From positions 10,453 to 74,452 of IMG/VR virus record IMGVR_UViG_3300036900_000256: DNA of 64,000 nucleotides; one strand, written 5' to 3'. Below the pieces are notes generated by a model. It made no database searches and was not told the origin of the DNA. It saw only the letters and a program-made list of their open reading frames with translations. The position numbers and the translations under genes are program-made. This DNA is from a virus. Below are positions 1 to 9,898 of this stretch, piece by piece (positions within the stretch are counted from its first letter, which is position 1; the number at the start of each line of letters is the position of its first letter).

Positions 1-308
1 CCTCCTCGGCGCAGCGCCCACCACGCGGTGAGAACGCACTTCTGCCATTCCTCGACGTGCTCAAGCAGTTCGGTGCACAGCACCAGGTCGTAGGTCCGGT
101 CGGGTTGCCAGGTGCAGGCATCAGCCACGAAGTCGACCCCTGGGCCGGGCTCCGCGTCGAGACCGAACCAGGTGGCGCCGGGAAAGTGTGCTCGGGCGGT
201 GCCGTTGATGTCCGCGCCGCCGAGGTCGAGCGCGACGCACCCCGCGCCTGCCCCGATGCCCGCGGCGTCGCGCATCGTCGCGACCGCTTCGTACGCCTCG
301 GTGTGCAT
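1..308 (-). CDS. Class I SAM-dependent methyltransferase (runs off the window edge)
   Basis: Hand translation from ATG 308 (not in ORF track): MHTEAYEAV...VALDLGGADING...GVDFVADA...YDLVLCTELLEHVEEW. The start overlaps the stop of the upstream gene. Confidence 0.75.
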   Translation of the reverse strand, partial: MHTEAYEAVATMRDAAGIGAGAGCVALDLGGADINGTARAHFPGATWFGLDAEPGPGVDFVADACTWQPDRTYDLVLCTELLEHVEEWQKCVLTAWWALRRG

Positions 309-970
309 CAGGCCATCGCCTCGGGTTGCCACACCGTGGAGTGCGCGTCGCTGATGTCCGCGCGGAGCGGCGCGTAGAAATAGCAGGCCAGCGACTTCCG
401 CAGGTGGTCGCCGAGGATCGGTTCGGGGTGCCCGTGCCAGGACGCGTCCGAGGTGGCGAACAGGACGGTGCGGTTGAACTCCGGCAACACCTCCACCTCG
501 CGGTGCTCGCCGAGGAACAGGGTGCCGCCCCACTCCGCCCGCCAGTCGCGGTTGAGGAACACCATCAGGTTCAGACGCCGCTCCAGCGGCAGGTCGGGGT
601 GGACGTTGAAGTCGACGTGGCTGGCCAGCCTGCCGCCTTCGGAGGTCATGTGCATCCCGCCGCCGACGGTGTCCGCGGTGAGCGGCCCGATCCCGGTCGC
701 CTGGGCGAGCGCGGCGCACACCTCGGGCGAGCGGACGTGGTCGAACCAGGCGCTCGTCTCCGGCCCCCAGCACGCGTCGCCCCCTGCGCGTTTGCCCCAT
801 TCCTTGGGGTCTGGGTAGGTAACCCAACGGCGGTCGTCCGGTGCCGGGAACTCTGCGGCGATCGCGTCCAACCAGGCCGGGTGCCACAGCCCGTCGAGTA
901 CCACGTGTGGGAACGGCGCGGCACCGGCGAACCGGTCCGCGTCCACGTTGATGCTGGTCAGATCACCCAT
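308..970 (-). CDS. 2OG-Fe(II) dioxygenase, prolyl-hydroxylase-like
   Basis: PFPHVVLD, HxD (HVDFN), RRLNLMVFLN, distal His (SWHGHPEP) and RxS (RKSLACYFY). Likely start is MGDLT at 970. Confidence 0.85.
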   Translation of the reverse strand: MGDLTSINVDADRFAGAAPFPHVVLDGLWHPAWLDAIAAEFPAPDDRRWVTYPDPKEWGKRAGGDACWGPETSAWFDHVRSPEVCAALAQATGIGPLTADTVGGGMHMTSEGGRLASHVDFNVHPDLPLERRLNLMVFLNRDWRAEWGGTLFLGEHREVEVLPEFNRTVLFATSDASWHGHPEPILGDHLRKSLACYFYAPLRADISDAHSTVWQPEAMA

Positions 971-1334
971 GACGCTGCTCCAGGGGCAGGGCGATCGCGA
1001 CCTGACCGAAGACCTTCGACGCGCGTGCGAACATCCCGCCGAGCCGGTAGAACGCGGCCTGCGCCTCGCGCGACGGCACACCGGGCACGAAGGCGTGGCC
1101 GGTCTCGACGAGCGCGTCCGACATGTCGCGGAGCAGAGCGCCGACGTTGACGATCTCCTGCTGCGGCGTCTCGTTGTCGACGACGTCGGCAGCGACAGGT
1201 GGGGTGAACGACTGCCCCCAGGTACGCTGGCAACCTGGGCAGATCCACTGCTGGCCGGGGAGGATGTCGCTCGGCGGCGCGCACCGATGCTCGGGCTTAC
1301 TGTCCGGCTGGGCCACATCGGGCTGATCGGTCAT
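963..1334 (-). CDS. Hypothetical protein with CxxC
   Basis: MTDQPD...WICPGCQ; overlaps neighbours at both ends. Confidence 0.55.
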   Translation of the reverse strand: MTDQPDVAQPDSKPEHRCAPPSDILPGQQWICPGCQRTWGQSFTPPVAADVVDNETPQQEIVNVGALLRDMSDALVETGHAFVPGVPSREAQAAFYRLGGMFARASKVFGQVAIALPLEQRHG

Positions 1335-2356
1335 GACGCCTCCTTGCGGGTCACGGCGGTGGTCAGGTTCGACAGCAAGGCGTCTTCCCACAGGTGCCCG
1401 TTGCCTTCGATCGTGTGCTGGGCGGCTAGGTGGCGGGCGGCGGCGCTCATCTCGGCCCGCATCGATGTGTCGAGCACGAGGTCGGTGAGTGCCTTCGACC
1501 ACTCGTGCGGGCGGGTCACGAGCAGCCCGGTCTCGCCGTGCCGCACGAACGCTGGGTAGGGGCCGACGTCGGAGGCGACGATCGGGAGCCCCCGCGTAGC
1601 CGCTTCTAGCGCCTTCAACCAGGACTTGGACTGGTTGAACACGTGCGGGTGCAGCGGAGCCAGGGCGATGTCGAACGCGCCGAGCGCCTCGTAGTAGTCC
1701 CAGATGCCGTCGACCCACCCGGTGACGCGGAGCCGGTCGCGGGGGAACTTCCGCTGCGACGGGAAGGTGCCACCGATCGCGTGGTAGACCGCCGCGGGGT
1801 TGCGTTTGAGCCAGCGCGCCAGCTGCGGGGCGGCTTCATCCCAGTCCATCGCGTGGGTCGAAGACCCTGCCCAGCCGACGACGAACCGGTCGTCGGCGCG
1901 CTCCGGCGCGGGCAGGTCGAGGACCCCGGCCGGGATGAAGTTCGGGATCACGACGACGTTCGGGTTGATCGGCCGGACGATGTCGGCCAGCGGCTCCGTC
2001 GACACTGTCACCAGGTCGGCCAGCCGCAGGTTCGTGCGCAGGTTCTGGCCGACGCCGGGCTGCGAGAAGAACGCATGCGACTCCTCTGAGCTGGGCGGCA
2101 CCTGCCACAGGTCGTCGTCCAGCTCGAACACCATCAGCGGCCGCTTCGGGTGCTGGGCGATGCGCTGCCACCGCACGCTCGGGTCGTACATGCACACCCG
2201 CTGCCCGATCACCACGTCCGCAGTGTCGAGCCACTCGTCGGGCATCTGCATCGAGGTGAGCACCTCGTGCCCGCGGCGGCCGAGCTCGTCGGACGGCATC
2301 TGCATCCGGTACCAACCGCAGCCGCTGCTGTCCGCGCTCCAGCTGAAGATCTTCAC
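1331..2356 (-). CDS. Glycosyltransferase, GT4/GT-B type
   Basis: GCGWYRM, ELDDDLW, VTVST, VGWAGSSTH, FNQSKSWLKALEA..GLPIVASD. GTG start at 2356. Confidence 0.85.
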   Translation of the reverse strand: MKIFSWSADSSGCGWYRMQMPSDELGRRGHEVLTSMQMPDEWLDTADVVIGQRVCMYDPSVRWQRIAQHPKRPLMVFELDDDLWQVPPSSEESHAFFSQPGVGQNLRTNLRLADLVTVSTEPLADIVRPINPNVVVIPNFIPAGVLDLPAPERADDRFVVGWAGSSTHAMDWDEAAPQLARWLKRNPAAVYHAIGGTFPSQRKFPRDRLRVTGWVDGIWDYYEALGAFDIALAPLHPHVFNQSKSWLKALEAATRGLPIVASDVGPYPAFVRHGETGLLVTRPHEWSKALTDLVLDTSMRAEMSAAARHLAAQHTIEGNGHLWEDALLSNLTTAVTRKEAS

Positions 2357-2549
2357 GGCTGGGGCCCCACCGGGGAAACGTCCTGGATCGGCATGCGCGC
2401 TCCCGTGGTGGCCGGAAATCTTCCCGTTGAAATGGTAGATGACCGAAGAATCCGCCGAGACCATGCCCGATCACGGTGCATGCTTACGGTGTTCCTCGTG
2501 CCGACGCCACGGCCGGACCGCCGCATCCTCGCGCCCTAAAGGAGCCCCG

Positions 2550-4082
2550 ATGCCACTCCCCCCGGCCGTCGGCACGGTCACGATCGACTTCGACATCCGC
2601 CACCCGCAGACCGGCACACCGGGCAACGGCACCGTGCTGGTCACGCTGCCCTACGCCCTGCGGGACACCACGGATCACGTGATCCTCGGCGCGGGCACCA
2701 TCACTGCGCTGTGTGTCGACGGCGTCGGCTCGGTCACCATCCCGGACCCGAATGACACCGATGTCAGCCCCCAGGGTTGGGCACCGCACATCAGCGTCCT
2801 GACCGACGTTTACGCCGCCGAGTACGACATTGTCATCCCGGACGGCTCGGCCGGTCTGACCCTGCACCTGTCGAACCTCGCCCCCGCCGAGACCCCGCCT
2901 CAGGTGTTCGCCTACGCGCTCGTGTCACAGCTCGCCGGTTACCTGCCACTCACGGGCGGCACGCTGTCCGGCCCAGCCTCGTGGAACGGCACCCCGTCCG
3001 CGTCCGGGCACCTCACCACCAAGGCCTACGTCGACAGCCTCATCGTCTCGGGCGGGGTCCCCGACGCGACCACCAGCAGCAAGGGCGTCGTCCAGCTCGC
3101 TGGAGATCTCGGCGGTACTGCAGCCGCGCCCACGGTTCCAGGGCTGGCCAGCAAGTACGTCAAGCCCGGCTCAGGAATCCCCTTGGGTGACCTGACTGCT
3201 GCCGTGCAGACCAGCCTGGGCAAGGCAGACACGGCCGTCCAACCAGGCGCACTCGCGGCGGTGGCCACGTCCGGCGCGAAGGCCGACGTCGGCCTCGGCA
3301 ACGTCGACAACACCAGCGACCTGGGCAAACCGATCTCCACCGCGACCCAGACCGCGCTCGACGCCAAGGTCGCGAAGGCCACCCTCACGGCCAAGGGCGA
3401 CCTGTACATCGCGACCGCCTCGGGCACGGTCGTCCGGCTACCGGTCGGCACCGACGACCAGGTGCTGACGGCCGACTCCGCCCAGACCGCGGGCGTGGCC
3501 TGGGCAACCCCGTCGGGCGGCACCGTCGACATCCCGTCCACCGCCGCCCAGCAGGGTTTCGTCGGCTGGACCGGCGACCTGCTCACCTGGACGACCAGGT
3601 CAGGTGTCGGCGACGGCGACGTCTCCCTCGTCCGCCTGCCTCTACCAGCAGGTAAGGCCGTCACCACACTGTGGGTCGCCGTCAGCACCGCGGGCACCTA
3701 CTCCGCGACCGGGAAGCCCAACCAGCTCGGCATCTGGGACGACGACGGGACCCTGCTGTCCCTCACCCCTGACGACTCGACCCTGTACACCAGCAACGGG
3801 TGGCGCTCCGGCACGCTGACGACCCCCGTCGCCTCGTCCGGGACCCTCCGGTACTGCTACGTCGGTTTCATCGTCGGCGGCCAAACCGGGCTACAGCTCT
3901 ACTACCCCACCGCGGCCAACCTCGTCGGCTCCACATCCGAGGGGAACGTCCTCAACGGGGGGCCGATCACCCGACGACGCGCCGTGTACCTCACCGGCCA
4001 GTCCGCGCTGCCCAGCAGCTTCAACCCGACCACCGTCGGCACCGTCACTGCCTACATGCCCCTTCTCGCGATGTCCGCGTAA
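2550..4082 (+). CDS. Virion fibre/decoration-like protein
   Basis: Fibre-type segments [51 protein letters not shown] before ATG 2550. Confidence 0.65.
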   Translation: MPLPPAVGTVTIDFDIRHPQTGTPGNGTVLVTLPYALRDTTDHVILGAGTITALCVDGVGSVTIPDPNDTDVSPQGWAPHISVLTDVYAAEYDIVIPDGSAGLTLHLSNLAPAETPPQVFAYALVSQLAGYLPLTGGTLSGPASWNGTPSASGHLTTKAYVDSLIVSGGVPDATTSSKGVVQLAGDLGGTAAAPTVPGLASKYVKPGSGIPLGDLTAAVQTSLGKADTAVQPGALAAVATSGAKADVGLGNVDNTSDLGKPISTATQTALDAKVAKATLTAKGDLYIATASGTVVRLPVGTDDQVLTADSAQTAGVAWATPSGGTVDIPSTAAQQGFVGWTGDLLTWTTRSGVGDGDVSLVRLPLPAGKAVTTLWVAVSTAGTYSATGKPNQLGIWDDDGTLLSLTPDDSTLYTSNGWRSGTLTTPVASSGTLRYCYVGFIVGGQTGLQLYYPTAANLVGSTSEGNVLNGGPITRRRAVYLTGQSALPSSFNPTTVGTVTAYMPLLAMSA

Positions 4083-4127
4083 CCACCACACAAAGGCGCT
4101 GATCAGCGCGAACAGTTGGAGCCGAAC

Positions 4128-4673
4128 ATGACCACCACACCGGCTGGGACCGAAATCGTGCGGTTCGCCTACGACGAGCCGCGCAACACGGCAGACATCG
4201 CGCGCGAGCAGCAACTGTGCTTCCGCTTGCGCATCGAGCACTTCACGATCCGGCAGATCGCTGAGCTGACCGGGCTCGGCGTGGCCACGGTGCACAAGCG
4301 CATCACGGACGAGATCACCGAGACGGTGGCCCCGTACCGGGAGCAGTACAAGTCGATGGCGCGGGAGCGGCTGGACAACATGTCGCGGAAGGTGCTGGAC
4401 CTGATGTCCCAGCCCCGCTACCTGGTGCATGAGGGCAAGGTGGTGAGGGTCGACGGGGCTCCGGTCCTGGACGCGGAGTACCAGTTGCGGTGCCTGGACA
4501 GGTTGATGGCGATTGAGCGGCAACGGGCGCAGATGGAGGGCTATAACGCGCCGGTGAAGGTGGACGCGACGGTGACTGAGGTGACTCAGGAGGACATCGA
4601 GGCGGCGGCGATGATCCGGGAGGCGAAGGCGCGGGCGGCGGCGCAGCGGGAGCGGTTGCAGGCTGAGGCGTGA
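4128..4673 (+). CDS. Putative terminase small subunit (HTH)
   Basis: N-terminal HTH (FTIRQIAELTGLGVATVHKRI), helical body, upstream of the large terminase. Confidence 0.6.
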   Translation: MTTTPAGTEIVRFAYDEPRNTADIAREQQLCFRLRIEHFTIRQIAELTGLGVATVHKRITDEITETVAPYREQYKSMARERLDNMSRKVLDLMSQPRYLVHEGKVVRVDGAPVLDAEYQLRCLDRLMAIERQRAQMEGYNAPVKVDATVTEVTQEDIEAAAMIREAKARAAAQRERLQAEA

Positions 4674-4723
4674 GCACCGGCGAGCGTCGATACGGGAGAT
4701 CCTCCTGCACAATGGGTGTTTCA

Positions 4724-4771
4724 CCGCAGATTCTTCGGCCACCTCGCGGGGTTGAGCCGAAGAATCTGCGG
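4724..4771. promoter_or_regulatory. Inverted pair of CCGAAGAATCTGCGG sites
   Basis: ccgcagattcttcgg (4724) and its exact reverse complement ccgaagaatctgcgg (4757), intergenic. Confidence 0.6.
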
Positions 4772-4795
4772 CCCGCCTCGCAGGAAGGCCCGATC

Positions 4796-5071
4796 ATGGA
4801 CAGCCCCAAACTCGGCACCGACGTCCTCTACACACTCAACGAGGGCGACATCGAAACGATCCGGCAACTCGTACCCCGCATCAACTCGGCAGCCGGACAG
4901 AACCTCAACCAACCCACCGCAGGCGAGCAGTACCCCGCCAAGGTCGTCCGGTGCTGGCCCAACTCGTCAGCCGCGAACCTGAAAGTCTTCCTCGACGGTG
5001 GCGCGACCGCCGAACTGTGGGCCACCTCCCGCGTCGAGGGCACCGGGCCGGGCACCTGGCAGCGGCCGTGA
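4796..5071 (+). CDS. Hypothetical protein
   Basis: MDSPKLG...; SD upstream; stop overlaps the next start. Confidence 0.6.
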   Translation: MDSPKLGTDVLYTLNEGDIETIRQLVPRINSAAGQNLNQPTAGEQYPAKVVRCWPNSSAANLKVFLDGGATAELWATSRVEGTGPGTWQRP

Positions 5072-5229
5072 ACCCGCCGCTCCTCGCCGCGATCACACTG
5101 CTCGCCCTGCTGTGCTGGGGCTTGGCCAAGGTGACCTCGGAGCAGGTTGGGCGCGTCCTCAACGTGCTCGCCGTCGCCCTTGTGGCAGCGGCGCTGGCCG
5201 TCCTCCTGTACACGACCGTGACCCTGTAG
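5068..5229 (+). CDS. Small membrane protein
   Basis: Two hydrophobic segments; GTGA overlap with the upstream gene. Confidence 0.5.
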   Translation: MNPPLLAAITLLALLCWGLAKVTSEQVGRVLNVLAVALVAAALAVLLYTTVTL

Positions 5230-5241
5230 ATCGGAGACGAC

Positions 5242-5451
5242 GTGGCGGCTGACTACGGGCATCGCACCGCCGAGGAGGACCTCGCGGAGGCTGAGTCCGC
5301 GCTGCGCCTGGCAGGCTCCGGCGGCCAGACCACCCCACCGGAGGCCATGGCGCTCGTCGGGATCGGGTACGCCCTGACCGCCCTTGTGCGCAGGCAGGGC
5401 GAGTTCTACCGCGAAGTGGTCGACGTGCTGGATCAGGCCAGAGGCGACTAG
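5242..5451 (+). CDS. Hypothetical protein
   Basis: GGAG SD; fills the gap before the terminase. Confidence 0.5.
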   Translation: MAADYGHRTAEEDLAEAESALRLAGSGGQTTPPEAMALVGIGYALTALVRRQGEFYREVVDVLDQARGD

Positions 5452-5454
5452 TCG

Positions 5455-7083
5455 ATGGCCGCCGTCCAGGACCCCGAAACCCCCGCCCCCTCCGAGGAGG
5501 AGCGCGGGGGTTTCGACCTGGACGCGTACCTCTGCCAGTTCGACCCCCGGATGCTGGAGATCCCCGAGTGCAGGCGCGAACTCTGCCGCTACGAGCCGCT
5601 CCTCTATGCGCTGCTCTATTTGCCGCACCACCTTCGTGGCAGCGAGGACGGGGCGCGGATCACCCTCTCGGAGTTCCACATCGAACTCGCCGAGGCGGCG
5701 AAGAGGTGGGCGCTTCCTACCATGGAGCCGCGCGCTGATCGGGACGCGTACGTTTGCCCGCGCGAGGCGGGGAAATCAACTTGGTTGTTCCTGATCCTGC
5801 CGCTCTGGGCTGCTTCGTTCGGCCACAAGAAGTTCATCGGGGCATTCGCCGATGCCGGGGCGCAGGCGGAGATGCACCTGCTGTCGTTCAAGCAGGAGCT
5901 GGACAACAACCTGTTATTGCGTACGGATTTCCCCGACTTGTGCAGGCCGGGCCGCCGTCCGGGTGGCATGACCGAGTCCGACACGAAGCACATGTACATC
6001 GCTGGATCAGGGTTCGTATTCGCGGCGAAGGGTGTGGACGCGAAGGCGTTGGGCATGAAGGTCGGCGCGCGGCGTCCGGACCTGCTGATTCTCGACGACG
6101 TCGAGCCGGACGAGTCGAACTACAGCGACTACCAGAAGGACAAGCGGCTCGCGACGATCCAGAACGCGATCCTGCCGCTCAACATCCGGGCGCGCGTGGT
6201 CATCGCCGGGACGGTGACCATGCCCGGCTCGATCATCCACGACCTGGTCAAGACCGTGTCGATGCCAGGCGAGCCGCCAGCGCAGTGGGTGACCGACGAG
6301 AAGATCCGGGTGCATTACTACCGGGCGATCGTCACCGACGAGGAGACCGGGGCACGGCGGTCGTTGTGGCCGGAGAAGTGGCCGTTCGAGTTCCTGGTCA
6401 GCATCGAGCACACCCGCGGCTACAAGCTGAACTACGACAACAACCCCATGGCCAGGGACGGCCAGTACTGGAACGAGACGGACTTCGTCCACATCGAGCT
6501 GCCCGCGCTGACCGCGATGCTGCTGTCCATCGACCCGGCGGTGAAGTCGAAGAAGACGTCGGACTTCACCGCGCTGGCCGTGATCGCCTACTCCGCGCAC
6601 CACCGGCGGTGCATCGTCCTCGACGCCTGGGCAATCCGGGTACCGCCCGGCGCTGCACTGCGGAAACGGGTGCTCGGGATCCTGGAGCTGCACCCGGAAA
6701 TCCGGGGCATCGTCGTGGAGGACAACCAAGGCGGCGAAGTGTGGGACGCGTCCGTGCTGCACAACATGCCCGTGAAGGTGCGGACGGTGGGCCAGCACGA
6801 ACCCAAGGAAGTGAGGGCAGCCCGTCTTCTGGGGTTCTACCAGAACCGCCCCCGCCGCCTGCCCGGCAGACCGGCAAGCCCGATCGACGACCTGCCGTTC
6901 GTGGTGCATGCCCGCCCGCTACCCGCGCTTGAGGAGCAGATGGTCGGGTTCCCCAAGGCCGCGCACGACGACTTGGTCGACGCGGTGGGGACCGGTGTGG
7001 ACATGTTCTTGAAGAAGCGGAAGCGCAACGGCGTGGAGCGGATCATGCCGGGCATGGACGATGAGGACGATCTAGCATCCTGA
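5455..7083 (+). CDS. Terminase large subunit
   Basis: Walker A PREAGKST, Walker B LLILDDVE, nuclease SIDPA..SDFTA and C-terminal HDDLVDA. Confidence 0.92.
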   Translation: MAAVQDPETPAPSEEERGGFDLDAYLCQFDPRMLEIPECRRELCRYEPLLYALLYLPHHLRGSEDGARITLSEFHIELAEAAKRWALPTMEPRADRDAYVCPREAGKSTWLFLILPLWAASFGHKKFIGAFADAGAQAEMHLLSFKQELDNNLLLRTDFPDLCRPGRRPGGMTESDTKHMYIAGSGFVFAAKGVDAKALGMKVGARRPDLLILDDVEPDESNYSDYQKDKRLATIQNAILPLNIRARVVIAGTVTMPGSIIHDLVKTVSMPGEPPAQWVTDEKIRVHYYRAIVTDEETGARRSLWPEKWPFEFLVSIEHTRGYKLNYDNNPMARDGQYWNETDFVHIELPALTAMLLSIDPAVKSKKTSDFTALAVIAYSAHHRRCIVLDAWAIRVPPGAALRKRVLGILELHPEIRGIVVEDNQGGEVWDASVLHNMPVKVRTVGQHEPKEVRAARLLGFYQNRPRRLPGRPASPIDDLPFVVHARPLPALEEQMVGFPKAAHDDLVDAVGTGVDMFLKKRKRNGVERIMPGMDDEDDLAS

Positions 7084-7095
7084 CCGGCCAGCCAC

Positions 7096-7126
7096 CCATC
7101 CGGCAGGAGGATCCCCTGCCGGATGG
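7096..7126 (+). terminator. GC-rich stem-loop after the terminase gene
   Basis: ccatccggcagg / cctgccggatgg 12-bp stem. Confidence 0.5.
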
Positions 7127-7191
7127 CGTGATGACCGAAGAAGCTTCGGCGTGCGGTTATTCTGACGACAACACATCCGGGAGGCCGCCGC

Positions 7192-8841
7192 GTGAATGCC
7201 CCACTGGCCATGCAGGAGTCCGTCGACAAGATCCTCGGCGTACTCGAAGCCGAACGCGCCACCAACCCGGACCTCCAGCACGGACTCGACGAGCTAGAGA
7301 ACGCCGCAGAGGCCTACCACAAGGCCGAAAGGTACTTCGAGGACACCGTGCCCGAGGTGTTCGCCTCACTGCGCCTGCGTCGCGCGATGCAGGCCACCGG
7401 CACAGACTTCCGGATCAACTTCGCGAGGATCCCCGTCACCTCGGTGGTCAACCGGCTGGAGATTTCGTCTACCGCGTGCCCCACCGACGACGAAGCCACC
7501 GCGTGGATCCAGCAGCAGTGGGAGGGCAACGACCTCGACCTCGAAGCCCCCAACTTCCACCTGCGGGCGTGCGAGTACGGCGACTCCTACGCCATCGTGT
7601 GGCCACAGCCTGACGACGAGGACACCGAGGACACCGCCAGCGTCGAAGCCATGGGCGAACTGGATCGCGGATCGGAATCCACAGACCGTATCGACGTGGG
7701 GATCAGCTACAACAGTCCGCTGTGCTGCCGGATCATCTACGACCCCGAGCACACCCGACGCAAAGCGTTCGCGATCAAACGGTGGGACATTCCCGGCGGC
7801 GCGGTACGAGTCGACCTGTACTACGCGGACAGGTTGGAGCGGTACGTCACGAAACCGAAGACGAACAACCCGGAGGCCGGGGACTTCTACCGGTTCCACG
7901 ACGACGACATCGACGACGTGTGGCCTGCCCCGAACCCGTACGGCGAAGTCCCCGTGTTCCATTTCCGGAACGACCGCCCGTACGGCACCCCCGAGCACAA
8001 GGGGTTCTACGGCACCCAGAACGCGCTCAGGAAGCTGTTCATCAGCCACATGGCCACGGTCGACTACCAAGCGTTCCAGCAGCGGTATGCGCTCACCGCA
8101 GGGGAGTCCGATACCAGCGAAGCGGCGGCTGGTGACGAGGACGAGTTCTCGTTCGGCGACGACGCGACCGGGGCCACCAAGACCACCGGCGGGTCGTCCC
8201 GATCCCAACTCAACGCCGGGCCCGGCGAGCTGTGGTGGATGCGTGGCGTCACCCAGGTCGGCGCCTTTCCCGAGGCCGACCCCGACGTGTTTATGAAACC
8301 GGCCAAGGACTACCTGCGGTTCGGCGCCCAAGCCACCGATACCCCGGTGCGCCTGTTCGACGTGCTGACTGGGCAGCAACCGTCGGCCGCGTCGCAGAAG
8401 GAAGCCGACGGCCCGCACACCAAGAAGGTCCGCAACCGTGCGCTGTCGTTCGGTGGGACCTGGCGGGGCATCTGGGAGTGCGCGCTACGCATGGCCGGGT
8501 TCCCCCGCCTGCGCGTGGTCGTCAACTGGGCGCCACCCGAGCACGTGTCCGGCCTGGAGGGCTGGCAGACCGTGCTCGCCCAGATCGAGGCCGGTGTGCC
8601 GCCGCGTGTCGCGCTGCACGAGGCGGGCTACACCAACGAGCAGATCGTGTCCTGGTTCGGTGAGGAGGACGACGACCTCCCGGCCCAGTTGGAGATGCTT
8701 AAGGAGATCGCGCTGGTGCTGCAGGCGCTCGGCGCGGCCAGCGCGTTCGACGTGATTGACGCCGTGCAGCTGCGCACCCTGATCGCCTCGCTCCTCGACC
8801 GTGCCACCAAGGTCGAGACCACGGATGAGGCTGACGAGTGA
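7192..8841 (+). CDS. Portal protein (SPP1 gp6-like)
   Basis: 549 aa after terminase; NPYGEVPVFHFRN..YG and DYQAFQQRY segments typical of actinophage portals. Confidence 0.88.
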   Translation: MNAPLAMQESVDKILGVLEAERATNPDLQHGLDELENAAEAYHKAERYFEDTVPEVFASLRLRRAMQATGTDFRINFARIPVTSVVNRLEISSTACPTDDEATAWIQQQWEGNDLDLEAPNFHLRACEYGDSYAIVWPQPDDEDTEDTASVEAMGELDRGSESTDRIDVGISYNSPLCCRIIYDPEHTRRKAFAIKRWDIPGGAVRVDLYYADRLERYVTKPKTNNPEAGDFYRFHDDDIDDVWPAPNPYGEVPVFHFRNDRPYGTPEHKGFYGTQNALRKLFISHMATVDYQAFQQRYALTAGESDTSEAAAGDEDEFSFGDDATGATKTTGGSSRSQLNAGPGELWWMRGVTQVGAFPEADPDVFMKPAKDYLRFGAQATDTPVRLFDVLTGQQPSAASQKEADGPHTKKVRNRALSFGGTWRGIWECALRMAGFPRLRVVVNWAPPEHVSGLEGWQTVLAQIEAGVPPRVALHEAGYTNEQIVSWFGEEDDDLPAQLEMLKEIALVLQALGAASAFDVIDAVQLRTLIASLLDRATKVETTDEADE

Positions 8842-9890
8842 CCGGCCCGACGCCTCCCATCCCGCCGTCGGAGGACGTCTCTCCAGCGATGGCGCAGGTG
8901 CTCGTCCACGCGGCCGAGCTGTACCTGCTGGAGCAGGCCGCGGTCGCTGCGGTCGCGGGCCCGGTGCGCGCCGCGGTGCGGTCGCTCCTCGGCCGGTTCA
9001 GCCGCCGGTGGATCGCCATGTTCGGGTCCACCACCACGGCGGCGGACCCGCTGCGGTTGCGCTCTTACCTGACCGACCTGCAGGGCGACCTCAAGCAGTT
9101 GCCCGGCCGGTTGCAGCGGTCCCCCGCGCAGGTGCTGCTGGAACACGCGCTCGACGCCCTGGACCTCGGGGTGCACCAGGCCGCCGACGAGGTCGCGCTC
9201 GACGTCGACGTCGAGTCCGCGATCGACCGGGGGCTGTCCGACGACGTGCTGGCCGCGATCGGCGAGTTGGACGACGCGATCACGGCGAAGCTCGACGCGG
9301 CGGCGCGCGCGGCCGAACGGTTCGAGGACGACCGGTTCGAGCAGGTGCTGACCCAGATCCTCGCCCCCGCCCAGCAGGCCGCCACCACTGCGGAGCGCAC
9401 CACCACGTGGGTGGAGAACAAGGCGGCGAACGATGGCATCGCGTCCGTGGCCGGCGATCTGCTCGCCCCGCTGCTGTGGGTGGCTGAGCGCGACGCGTGC
9501 GTGCACTGTCTCGGCTTGTCCGGCGAGGTCAGCGCCGACGGCGCGTTCGACGGCACCAAGACGTTCGGGAAGAAACCGCTGGCGGTGTGGCCGGGCCCGG
9601 ATCTGACCGGCCCGCCACGGCACCCGAACTGCCGGTGCCGCGTGCAGCCGTGGCTCGGCACCGAGGCGACCGAGGTCGACTTCCCCGCCGCGCTCAAGCG
9701 CGAGGCCGCCCGGTCGATCCTGACCGGCTGGCGTCTGCCATCCGAGTCCGAGCACGTCCGGCTCGACGCCGCCGAGCGGCTGCTCCAACGCGGCACCACA
9801 CTGCCCGCGTCCGTGCAGGCCCGCGCCCGCGCCGCGGTGAAACGCCGCCGGTTCGCAACGTTCCCACGCATCAAGACCACCACGAGATGA
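8838..9890 (+). CDS. MuF-like minor head protein
   Basis: WVAERDACVHC and PPRHPNCRC motifs; follows portal. Confidence 0.8.
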   Translation: MTGPTPPIPPSEDVSPAMAQVLVHAAELYLLEQAAVAAVAGPVRAAVRSLLGRFSRRWIAMFGSTTTAADPLRLRSYLTDLQGDLKQLPGRLQRSPAQVLLEHALDALDLGVHQAADEVALDVDVESAIDRGLSDDVLAAIGELDDAITAKLDAAARAAERFEDDRFEQVLTQILAPAQQAATTAERTTTWVENKAANDGIASVAGDLLAPLLWVAERDACVHCLGLSGEVSADGAFDGTKTFGKKPLAVWPGPDLTGPPRHPNCRCRVQPWLGTEATEVDFPAALKREAARSILTGWRLPSESEHVRLDAAERLLQRGTTLPASVQARARAAVKRRRFATFPRIKTTTR

Positions 9891-9898
9891 GGACCGTC

